Virus record (IMG/VR): IMGVR_UViG_3300042528_000130
Location: 1-56,256 of that record
Strand: one strand, 5' to 3'
Source of the DNA: a virus
Taxonomy: Duplodnaviria; Caudoviricetes
DNA: 56,256 nt
Position numbers and translations under genes: made by a program. Shown one piece after another: positions 27,899 through 38,100 of the stretch. Each line of letters opens with the position of its first letter. Position 1 is the stretch's first letter. Below the pieces are notes generated by a model. It was not told where the DNA came from, made no database searches, and worked only from the letters and a program-made list of their open reading frames with translations.

Positions 27899-28072
27899 TC
27901 ACACAACTTTTTCACGACGCCACGAACGCTCAGCAGTCACGATAGAGCGAGCCTGAGCGCCGCAGGAGTTGCACTTCAGGTAGCGAACCTGATGCTCGCC
28001 GCAGTTCTTGGACGTGCGAGTCGTGAGCCGTCCACGCCCGCAATGGCGACAGCGATCACCGCTAACAGTCAT
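27899..28072 (-). CDS. 57-aa zinc-ribbon protein (Ogr/Delta-like), not in the ORF track
   Basis: MTVSGDRCRHCGRGRLTTRTSKNCGEHQVRYLKCNSCGAQARSIV...; ATG overlaps the upstream TGA. Confidence 0.7.
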   Translation of the reverse strand: MTVSGDRCRHCGRGRLTTRTSKNCGEHQVRYLKCNSCGAQARSIVTAERSWRREKVV

Positions 28073-29877
28073 TTACGCTTCTTTGCAATAGCCTCGACCG
28101 TAGACCCGATCACATGTCCCGCGAGGCCCGGAACAAATGGCGCGACAGTAGAAGCGACCAACACCCCTGCGTTATTGGCTGCGACTTTGAACCCCTTCTT
28201 GGTGAGCTGGTAGATGTAAGACGGCGACTGAGACTTCACGACGACGCTGACCTCTCGCGGTGCGTTCTCTTTTGCGATTGACTTCACGGCATCCATCTCT
28301 GACTGAGTCAGCTTTCCTGACTCGCGGGCTGGCGTGATGACAAGAGACTTGCCTGTTAGCTCGGCGTCGAAGATCTTCTTGCCGTCCTTGTCCTTGATCT
28401 TCAGAGTCAGAGACTTGCCCTTGATGTCTGCCGACGACTTCGGCGATCCGCCCAGGCTCTTCACGAGCGAAGCGACTTGCTTCTCGCTCGAACCGGCCTT
28501 TTGGATCGCCTTCATGACGCGAGTCGGCCGCATCTGGTTGTCGTAGAGCCCTTTCACGGCTCCGGCGACGGCTCCGGCGGCTGCGGCTTTCGGAACGAGC
28601 GGAGGAAACCACGTCGCGCCGAGCGTGGCGACTGCCGCGCCAGCCGCCCCTTTCGCGGCGCCGACTGCGACGTCGGCTGCGATCCCGCCAGCGCATGTGT
28701 TGCCCTTCTGGAATCCGCCGGAGCCGGTGCCGCAGTTTCGAGCTTCGGCAAACTCGGCGAGAGTCGGAATGCCGCTTCGCCGAGAGACCCACTCCCAAAA
28801 CTCGTTCGCGGAGCGGCCTTGGCGGGCGAGTCGCTTGGCAGCTTTCTTTCCGACTGCGACAGTCTCTTTGTATCGCTTGTAGCCTGGGCTGTTCTTGTCG
28901 GTGAAGTCGATCTCCATGTCCATCTGGTGGCCGTTCTTGTTCCACCACTCTTCGCCATCTGGCGTAGCGACGATGTCTTGGACTCGAACGCGCCCAGTGT
29001 TCAGCCACCTCTGGTACGCGCCGTCGGACAGGAGGCTGGAGCCTGTCTTTCGCATTGCCTCGTCGCTGAAGGAGGCAAATCTTTGCGAAGCAGAAACATC
29101 GACCTCTCCGTCAAACCCGAACTTCGGCCACAGCCGGTAGCCTTTAAAGCTTCCGTCTGGGCCTCCAGTGCTTCCGTGTCCGTATCCAGCAGCAAGAGTC
29201 GTGGCGTTTCGCATGCCGTTTCTCTCGGCAGCTTCTAGAGACTCAGCCATGAGCGCCAGGATCGAAGCAGAGACGGTTGCGACAGACACTCTCCCGTCTG
29301 CCATTGCCTGAAATGCCTTGTTCGTCGGAGAAAAGTAGTCGTAGTGAACCTCGCGATTTTTTCCGATCGTGACGGCCACTCTCGCGTCTCCGAGACTCGC
29401 GTCGCTGGGGTCTATTGGAGATCGTGTCTTGACTTCTATTTTCTGGCCGAGACTTGTGCGATCAATTGTGACTTCAGAACCTTTCGATGTGGCGGCGCCA
29501 ATCACGAGAATGTCAGACGGATCTTTGACTCCAGCCTTCTTGGCGATCTCCATCACCGCAGGAGGGTCGAGAATTTCCAGCGACTTCGCCTTCTTCGCCG
29601 AGTCAAACGGCGAACCGTGCTTGAGTTGCTTCTCGTCGTACTTCGCCGAGCTACCGTTTGGCGTGAGCCGAATCGAGTCCGGCAGTCTCGCGTATGGCCC
29701 GCGCCCACCTGAGCCACCACCAGCGCAGTTGTTGCCCTGGCCGAATCTTCCGCCTCCCTGCCGTCCGCAGCCGTCGTCTTGCGAAGGACGGTCGTCGAAC
29801 GAGAGACGCGTCTGCGAGTCTCGCGACTCCAGAAACGCGAGCAGGCTGGCGTATCGGCAATCCAGGGAGAGGCTCAT
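28069..29877 (-). CDS. head-module polyprotein: tag + GNAT-like domain + tag + Gly-zipper domain
   Basis: Two Cys tags; KGYRLWPKFGFD domain paralogous to those of the 2118-aa protein. Confidence 0.8.
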   Translation of the reverse strand: MSLSLDCRYASLLAFLESRDSQTRLSFDDRPSQDDGCGRQGGGRFGQGNNCAGGGSGGRGPYARLPDSIRLTPNGSSAKYDEKQLKHGSPFDSAKKAKSLEILDPPAVMEIAKKAGVKDPSDILVIGAATSKGSEVTIDRTSLGQKIEVKTRSPIDPSDASLGDARVAVTIGKNREVHYDYFSPTNKAFQAMADGRVSVATVSASILALMAESLEAAERNGMRNATTLAAGYGHGSTGGPDGSFKGYRLWPKFGFDGEVDVSASQRFASFSDEAMRKTGSSLLSDGAYQRWLNTGRVRVQDIVATPDGEEWWNKNGHQMDMEIDFTDKNSPGYKRYKETVAVGKKAAKRLARQGRSANEFWEWVSRRSGIPTLAEFAEARNCGTGSGGFQKGNTCAGGIAADVAVGAAKGAAGAAVATLGATWFPPLVPKAAAAGAVAGAVKGLYDNQMRPTRVMKAIQKAGSSEKQVASLVKSLGGSPKSSADIKGKSLTLKIKDKDGKKIFDAELTGKSLVITPARESGKLTQSEMDAVKSIAKENAPREVSVVVKSQSPSYIYQLTKKGFKVAANNAGVLVASTVAPFVPGLAGHVIGSTVEAIAKKRK

Positions 29878-32105
29878 CCGCGACGGGCCTTGAGGAATGC
29901 GACCGTCTCGCGAGCAACGCTGGCTGATCTGCGAGATGTCTTCGGCCGAGAGATCTTTTTCTCGAACACTCCCTTGCTCGACGAGTAGCCCCCAGGAGAT
30001 TTCGCGACAAGCTTGTACCCCTTCGAGGACAGAGTCTTGACGTCTTCATCTCTCCACGCCTCGACGGCGACGTGCTTTGCGTTCAGTGCTTTTGCAGACT
30101 TCTCGACAGTATCGAGGTTTGTGCCGCCGTCCTGAAAAGAAAAGAAAACGGAAGCGCCTTTCGGCTTGTCTCCGAAGATGCTGCTTGCCGTGATGAACGC
30201 ATGCCCGCCATTATGCGTCTCGATCATCAGCGTCTTTCCGTCTGCCGCGAATGACGAATACTTCACCTCTCCATTTGTCATAATGTCGGCGACCTTCTTT
30301 ATCTGTTCATCCGACACGCCTGCGCTCTCTTTAATAGCCTGATATCGCTTTCCCTTCGGGCCGTTCACGTTGCCGAAAAACTCAGCTACGGACACTGCGG
30401 CGTCGATTAGCGACCCAAACACTTTCCCGCCAATCCAACCTCCCGCTGCTCCGCCTACGACTCCAGCAACTCCACCGGCAAGTCCGCCTGCGGCCCCCAT
30501 GACTGCACCAATGCGGCTTGCCTTTGAAGAAAAGCTTTCCTTCTCAGCCTCCGGCGACGGCTCCTTCTTTGCGCTGCCTTTTCCGCCTCCAGCGCCGCAC
30601 GAATTATCCAGCCCGCCGCCTTCCCCCGTCGGGCAAAACGCCCGCCGTTCTGTAAGAAACTCTGCCATTTCTTTCTTAACGATTGCGGCCCGCTCTTTGA
30701 TCTCAGAGCGAGACTCGACCTTCTTCACGCCTTCGGCGACGAAGTGCTGGTAGCTCCGCTTCGCCACTGCGACAGTCGAGTCGCCGTAGGCTGGGTACGT
30801 GACGGGGCCGCAATCGAGGAGAGACTTGATCTTCGTCACAGTCCGAATCGAGCGGCCGTTCTCGGTCGTCCACTTTTCCCCGCCGTCTGCCACGACGAAG
30901 CTGAAGCTTGATCCACGCAAGTCGCCTCTTTCGATTAGCTCGGCCAAATCTTGGCGAGACTCCGGAAGCAGGCACTCGTACTTGAGCCCCTTCGTGTCGA
31001 CGATGAGCCGCATCGTCGTCGGGAAACGTCCGAGCAGATGATCGGGCGAGTGATTGAACAGGCAGCGAGTCTGAAGAGGCTGGCCTTCGCTGTCTTCTCG
31101 CTTCTCGACGATGTCGAACGCTTCCGGCGCAATCCGCTCGACAAAATCCCCCAGCAGCAACGAGTCCTTGTGGAAGCGGGCCGCATACCCGACAACGTAC
31201 GTGCGAGGCTTGCCAGTCGAAGGATCGGCGCGGCGCTCGACCCGCAGAAGCTCCGGGTCTGCCTTCTCGACGTGGCTGAAGTTGCCGAGAAATCGTCGCT
31301 CGACTCCAGGCGGCTCGGTCGCGCGACGTTCTTCCGCGAAGTATTCTTCGATCACTTTTCGCAACTCCTCTGCGTCTGGTTCGCCCTCGATCCGTCGAAG
31401 GCACTCGTCTTTCGTGGACTCGACGTGTACGTACTTGGTCGGAATGTCCGACAACTGCCTCTTCATCTCGTCGCTGACGTTCGTGGTGATGATCCACGTC
31501 TTGCAGTCGTTCGAGCCTGAAAGAGCCTTCTTCAGAATAAGATTTCTGATATCCAGACAATAAGAGACGAGCTTCTCGTTCCTGCCGCCTCCCGACAGGG
31601 CGGACATGACCTTGTAGAAGTCGAAGACGACGTCGTTCTCGCCCTTGTGCTTGGCAACATAGTCCTGCTTGCCGCTACCTGGGGCGCCATGCACGACGTA
31701 GACGTTTGGTTTCATGCCGTGCGACGAGCCGTACGGACGAAGATCGCGGCCCTCTTTCTCGTCGGCGGCGTTCATCTGCTCGACGACTTTCCGAGCCCAA
31801 GCGTAGCCATTCGGGCCACCCCAGAGCTTGTTGGCGATTAGCCCGTTGCTGGGCCATCCCTTGTCTCCCTTGAAGAATCCTTCGGCCTTCTCGTCTGACT
31901 GGTGCCGGTCGAAGAACGCTTTCATCCGTCGCAGCGTCGACGGCGATAGCTTCACCCCGTTCGCCAAGTCTCTCGCGCGAGCAATGCCGACGGCTGTGCC
32001 GCCGCGGCCGTATTCGCGGCGGAGCTTCAGGCCGTACTCGGCTTCCTTCTTGACGCCCTGCGGCGGCGTGAAGTCGATGTGGGAGTATTTTTCAGGAGTT
32101 GCCAT
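29874..32105 (-). CDS. multi-domain HK97-type prohead protease
   Basis: Central GYAARF..FVERIAPEAF..LFNH..LLGR..GLKY..RGDL.GSSFSF..PVTYPAY; N-terminal helical domain and P-loop (GAPGSGK) domain; C-terminal tagged Gly-zipper domain. Confidence 0.9.
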   Translation of the reverse strand: MATPEKYSHIDFTPPQGVKKEAEYGLKLRREYGRGGTAVGIARARDLANGVKLSPSTLRRMKAFFDRHQSDEKAEGFFKGDKGWPSNGLIANKLWGGPNGYAWARKVVEQMNAADEKEGRDLRPYGSSHGMKPNVYVVHGAPGSGKQDYVAKHKGENDVVFDFYKVMSALSGGGRNEKLVSYCLDIRNLILKKALSGSNDCKTWIITTNVSDEMKRQLSDIPTKYVHVESTKDECLRRIEGEPDAEELRKVIEEYFAEERRATEPPGVERRFLGNFSHVEKADPELLRVERRADPSTGKPRTYVVGYAARFHKDSLLLGDFVERIAPEAFDIVEKREDSEGQPLQTRCLFNHSPDHLLGRFPTTMRLIVDTKGLKYECLLPESRQDLAELIERGDLRGSSFSFVVADGGEKWTTENGRSIRTVTKIKSLLDCGPVTYPAYGDSTVAVAKRSYQHFVAEGVKKVESRSEIKERAAIVKKEMAEFLTERRAFCPTGEGGGLDNSCGAGGGKGSAKKEPSPEAEKESFSSKASRIGAVMGAAGGLAGGVAGVVGGAAGGWIGGKVFGSLIDAAVSVAEFFGNVNGPKGKRYQAIKESAGVSDEQIKKVADIMTNGEVKYSSFAADGKTLMIETHNGGHAFITASSIFGDKPKGASVFFSFQDGGTNLDTVEKSAKALNAKHVAVEAWRDEDVKTLSSKGYKLVAKSPGGYSSSKGVFEKKISRPKTSRRSASVARETVAFLKARRG

Positions 32106-35100
32106 CGTCGCTCCATTCGTAATCGTCCAGATCCCCCTCGTCCCAAATCTCCTGCCACATTTCGTCGAGCCGCACGAGATCTGCTGGCGAGAGCCACTCG
32201 TCGCCGGAGCCGAGCGGCATGTCTCGTCTCTGTGCGCCGGAGCCGAACTTCCGGATAAACCTGTCCATGATCTTGGACTGCGGGCTCGACCTGTCCTTCA
32301 GGTTGAAGTAGACGTCCAAGTCTTCGCCGTTCTCGGCCCACCAGCGAGTTCCCTCGGGGGTGGCGTGCAGATCGAGCAGAGACTTGGCGTGAGACAAGTC
32401 TGGCGGGAGCTTGCTGACGAGGTGCTGCGGAAGTCGTGCGTCGAAACCCATGCGGGGCCAGATCGTGAAACCTCGCCAGGGATTGCTCGCCTTGCCTTTC
32501 CCAGAGTCGGCAGCGGCGCTTCCGGCGGCGTTGAGCGTGATCTGTGACGCACCGGCCTTGCGTGCTGACTCGACGCTCGACACCATCGTCCGGTAGAACG
32601 CTGCGGCGGCTGCGTGTCGCTTGGCTGGATCTCTGGCGATCTCGTCGGTGACGGTCGCTGTGTTCTGGAAAATGAGTACAGAGCCGTCTTCTCCCTTGCC
32701 GATCGCGGCTGAGTGATTCATCGCACCTTCGATGCCCGCGATGTCCGACTCGAAGTCGATGAAGACCGGAGTCTCTGAGAAGCCGAACCCGGAGCCGAAC
32801 TCAGTTCCAGGCCGCATGTAGACGTCAGAGTCCGGCGTTCCGCCTGCGGCTGCGACGGCAGTCGCGGCGTCGATGCCAGCCGATTCGAGGCTCGACTGCA
32901 CTCTCTGCGGAGCCTTGACGCTCACCGTGCCGTACTTGTCGGCGCCGTCGAACGGCGGCGGAGCGGTCTCGCGAGACGATGCTGGCCAGAGGATTTCGCT
33001 GTTCGACGACCAGCGGTCGTCTGATCCGGAGGCTGTGGCCGTGGCTGTGCCGTCTTCCTGGCACTTGTTGCCAGAGCCGAACTTGCCGTCCTCGTCACGG
33101 CCGCAGTCGGCAGACCTCTGCTCATCGTCCAGCGAATACTCGATCGTCTCTTCGTCGTAGTCGCGGCTCGTAATCTTTCTTGCGACGCGGCCTTGTGCCG
33201 TGATGACGACCGGCTTGACCTTCTTGACCTCGGAGATTGGGTATCCGTACTTTCCGTCAGGGCCGATGTAGTGCGGAGAGTCTTTTCCGACTCGATGCTG
33301 CTCGAAGTCGGCATCGAACTCTTCTTGAGTCTTGTAGAACTTCGGCTCGCCGATCTTCATGGTTCCGACGAGCGTCGCCTTGCCCTTTCCTGTGCGGACG
33401 ATTCCGACAGTCTTGCCGACGTACGGGCGAAGCGAGTTGGAGGGGCGAGTCTCTAAAGTCTTCTCTCCGGACAGAATCTGGCCCGTGAAGTCCTGATGCT
33501 TGTCGTTGATGTTGATGCCCATCTGGCACTTGTTGCCAGACCCGAACTTTCCGTCTTGGTCACGACCGCAGTCGGCGGAGCGAGACTCGACCAAATCCAG
33601 CGGCAGGAAGTTGCGTCGCTCTTCGACGTCGTCTTCGAGCGACTGAATCAAGGCCAGCACGTCGATGTCGAGGTCGGCGAAGTCCGCGTTCCACACCGAC
33701 TGTTCGACGTCGAGCGGATTGACGTCGAACTCCTCGTCTCGATCGTCGATCTCGCCCTGCTGCGCGTCTCGCCGAGAGGCGGGCGTAAACGGCTTGGCGC
33801 TCGGTTGATCTTTGCTTCTCGCGAGCCGTCCGCTGAGAACTCCATCGGCCGCGGCCGAGAAGAGCGAGTTGTCGGTGATGTTCGTCTGCGCGCCGAGGTG
33901 CTTCCAGAGCCGCTTCTCGTACTGCCAGAGCGCCGCCTGGATCTCGTCGATGTCGGCCTTGCGGCCGGTTCTGGCCTCGATCTCCGACTGCACGCGACGG
34001 AAGACTTCGCGAATGTTCTTTCTCGCCGTGCCGGTCTTCGGGTCTTGCTGCTCGTGAATCAGAGACTTGAACAGAGAGTTGCCAGCCTGATGCAGGGCAT
34101 GAATCTCTGGGTCTTCGTGCTTTCCGTATCCGCCGCCAGTGGGTCGGCGAGTCTTGCCGTGAGACCGCTCGGCGGCTGTCGCCCAGAGGAAAGCCGCGCC
34201 GTTCTCCTCGATCACGCCGGTCTTGGCCTGAATCTTCAGCGAGCGGACAAGCTGCTCTTTCGTAATGCCGTGAGTCTTGTCGACGCCGAACAGCTTCGCG
34301 CGGTTCCACTTTCCGGACTCGATCGCCTTGAGGATCGCCTCGGCCCGCTCCTTGGCCTGCTTCGGAGTCGATCGCGTTATGAGTTCTCCGGAGACCCGCC
34401 CGACAGACCTCATGAGCCAGCGATCCATCGTCAGGAAGTCGTGCTTCCCAGACAGGTTCGCAAAGAACGAGCCGATCTTCGGGCCGAAGATCGCCGCGAC
34501 CGGAACGACCTCATCGCGAAGCTCGCCTGACACCATCTGCTTTTGGTCGCCGCCTCGGTCGACAGGCAAAGACCACGCCGAAGCTCCGGTTCGCTGCTGC
34601 CACTCTTCTGCCTGCGACTTCCCGGCGAGCTTGGCGAGAGTCTTCTCGACGTTCCCAGCGGTAGTGTATCCGGACAAAAGCCGCCGAGTTCGCTCTTTGC
34701 CGAACGAGTCGAGCAGTCCCTGGAGTACTTTCAGCGACGCCGTGACGTCTCTTGCGCCGCCGCCGTAGTTCGACGGAACGACCGTACCGTGTTCGCGATA
34801 CATGCGATACAGGTCGTCGGCATCGCGGAGGTTCGCGTCTGGGCCTTGGCCCGTGCTAGTGATCGCGAGCAGCATCGTGAAGACGAACTTCGCGTCGTCG
34901 TCCGTCTCGAATTCCGGATACCTCGACGTCATCTTCTTCATCGTGTCGTCGAGGTCGGTGCTGTAGAACCCAGGGTCTACGCCAAGCACGTCATAGGCAT
35001 GCAGCGCGTCGTCTGTGAGGGACTCGGCGAGATAGTCCAGTTGGGCTTCGGGCAAGTCTGGCGACGCCGTGTCGATGATCGCGCCTGGGCCTGTCGCTCC

Positions 35101-38100
35101 AGTCTTCTGACGCTCTTCTTCGTGGCGATTCGCCAGGAACTGCCCGACTGCCTCGTGAGCAACGAACTGGCCGTTCTGCCGGTGAGTCTCAGGCGGAAAG
35201 ACAGGATCGCTCTCGGTGATCTTGTTCGTCGACTTGCCGCCGCGAGACACGAACGTGCGATCCCACAGGTCTGTCGTCGAGCCCGGAGTAGAGCCTTCCG
35301 GCTTGTTCGCCTTGAAGTCCGCGATCGCCCTGTCGCGAGCTTCTTTGTCGATGACCGCCACGGTCTTCTGACCGCCGATCATGACGTCGACGTTTCGCTG
35401 CTTGCCAGCTTTGGCCTCAGCCTGAACGCTCCCGGCCACGCCGCCTTCGCCGCCGCAGTCATTGCCCTGGCCGAACTGCCCGCCGTCCTGTCGATCTGCG
35501 TCGGTGCAGTCCCCGCGGAACTCAACGTCGTAGTCGTACCAGTTCCGGTTCTTGTTCCGCTCTTTCAGGCGAGTGAGAAGAGTCTTCATCTTCTTGTACC
35601 GCTTGTAGCCGAGACTCTTCTTGTCTTTGAATTTCAGCATCAGCGGGATGTTCTTACCGTTCTCGTCCCACCACTTCTTCCCCTCGGCAGACGAGATCAG
35701 CTCTTGAATCATCAGCGGCTCGCCTGAGTCGAGCTTGTCAACGATATCGAGAGCCCACTTCGGCGGATTGTCGTAGTTGTCCTCGCCTCGATTCGCGATC
35801 GCCTCCTCGGCAAACTCACGCAGCCCGTACGTATGAATCTTCCCCAGCTCGCCATCGAAGCCGAACTGTGGCCAGAGCCGGTAGCCCTTGAGCGGAGAGT
35901 GTGCGTCGCCAGCAGCCATCGTCTCGGCGTACTGAGCGCCGATGGACTCAGCCCTCGCAAGCGAGTCGGTCATCTTTTCGAGCAGCACGCTCGACACTCG
36001 TTTCACTGACTCTTCAGTGATCTCGCCGTCTTCCGGCCGGTCGACGTACATCTCGTCGTACGAGATCGCGAGCCCCTCTCCGTTGTCGAACATCGCGACG
36101 TTCACCTCGACGGCGCCGTCCTTGTTCGTGCCGTCGGGGGAGATCGGCATCGTGGAGTTCACGCGGATAACGTCTCCGTCGCCTTCGACGATGACTTTTC
36201 CGCCTTTGCGAACTCCGCCGCCGATCGCGACGACGTCGTCGAAAGACTTGAACGAGCCGATGTCGGTCATCGCGCTCGCCAGCTCGCCGACGTCCCTCAC
36301 AATGAAAGACTTGAGAACTTCGCCGCCGGTCACTGGCGGAGAGTCCTTGAGCTTGGCTCGGCCCCATTGGGCTTCGCCTTCGGACTCCCACCACGAATCG
36401 TCTGGCTTCGTTGCTGTCGCGGCGCCGCCATCTTCGGATGCGCAGTCGTTGCCTCGCCCGAACCGTCCGCCTTCTTGGCGACCGCAGTCGTCGCGGAATT
36501 CGACCTCGTCTTCGAGCCAGTCGATGATGCTCCGGTTCTTGTTTCGCTCCTTCAGGCGAGCGATGCGGGCCTTCATCTCCTCGTACCGCTTGTAGCCCAG
36601 GCTCGACTTGTCTCGGAAGTCGAACGTCAGGTCTGTGCCGCGGCCGTTGTCGTCCCACCACTTCTCGCCTTCGCGAGTCGCGATAAGCTGCTGGACTGTC
36701 AGCTCTTCCTTATCGAGCTGAGACTTCTGCGAGTCGTTGAGAGTGAGCTTCCCGTCGGCGATAGACTTCCGCAGCGCTTCGAGTCTGAATGATCGAAGCT
36801 TGGCGTCGAAGCCGAACTGCGGCCAGAGCCGGTAGCCCTTCGTGTTCGATTCTTTATTTCCAGCAGCGTACGTCGTCGCCCTGACGATCCCGCTCTTCTC
36901 GGCCAGACTCATCGACTCGGACATTCTCTGCATCAGCAGGCTGGCGATCTGAGACTGCTGGGCCTGCGACAGCTCAACCTCTCCTCCGCCGCTGTCCTGC
37001 GGGAACATCTCGCCGTAGTAGATCGTGCGCCCGCCGTTGTAGCCGCCGTCGTCCCACAGGAGGTCGATGTGCGTCATGACTTGCAGAGATTCGGGGTCGC
37101 TAGGTTCGAGGGGCAAGAACGAGTACGAAGACAGAGTCTCCCTGTTGCTGCTTGCCTTGAACTCCATCGAGCCGCCCTCTCTCGCGCCGCCTGAGAGCGT
37201 CGCAAGATCGTCGAGGGTGATCTGAAATGCCTTGAGCGCAGCGGCTGTGTTCTTTGGGGATTTGATCGTGACACTCTTGAGTCCGTCAGCCCCTGGAATG
37301 GCCAGCGGGGGCGACTCTTTAAGCTCTCTGCCGCTCATGGAGAGAGAGTCGTCTCCTGCGTTCTGCATCCAGCTATCATCGCGATCGCGAGCCTGGGGCT
37401 CGCTCGATCCGCCGCCGCCGCCAGCACAGTCGTTGTCTGCCGCGAACTGCCCGCCCTCAGTCCGGCCGCAGTCGAGGCCAGCCCGATACTCGACGTCATC
37501 GAGCCAATCGAAGTAGCTCCGCCTCTTGTTTCGCTCCTTGAGTCGCGGGAGCTTCGCCTTCATTTCCTCGAACCGCTTGAGGCCGAGCGAATCGCCGGAG
37601 AACTCGATTTTCATGTCGAGCGAGTCGCCGTTCTCGTCCCACCAGCGTTCGCCTTCGCGAGTCGAGATCAGCTCTTGAATGGTGAGGCTCTTGCGACTGA
37701 GCTTGCTGCTCTTCGCAACTCGCGGCGTCTTGTCGAGAATCTCTTTCGGAATCTTGGCGAACAGTTCCTGCGGGAGCTTCGCGTCGAAGCCGAACTGCGG
37801 CCACAGCCTGTAGCCCTTGTCCTTGCTGTCGGCAGAGCCAATGGCGAGCATCTGTGCGTGGCTGAAGCCTGCGTCGCTGGCCATGCTCATGGACTCCAGC
37901 ATGCGTTCCATCATCACGCTGGCGATGCGGTTCTGCGATGCTGCATCGAGATCGAGGCCGTCGTCTGGGAACATCGTGCCGTACTCGATGTACGACGAGC
38001 CGTTCTCCTTGCTGATCTCGATGCTCGACTCGACGCTGCCCTTGTCGGGATCGTCTGGGTCGATCGGGATCTGCGACGAGACAGAGATGTCGTTGTGCGA

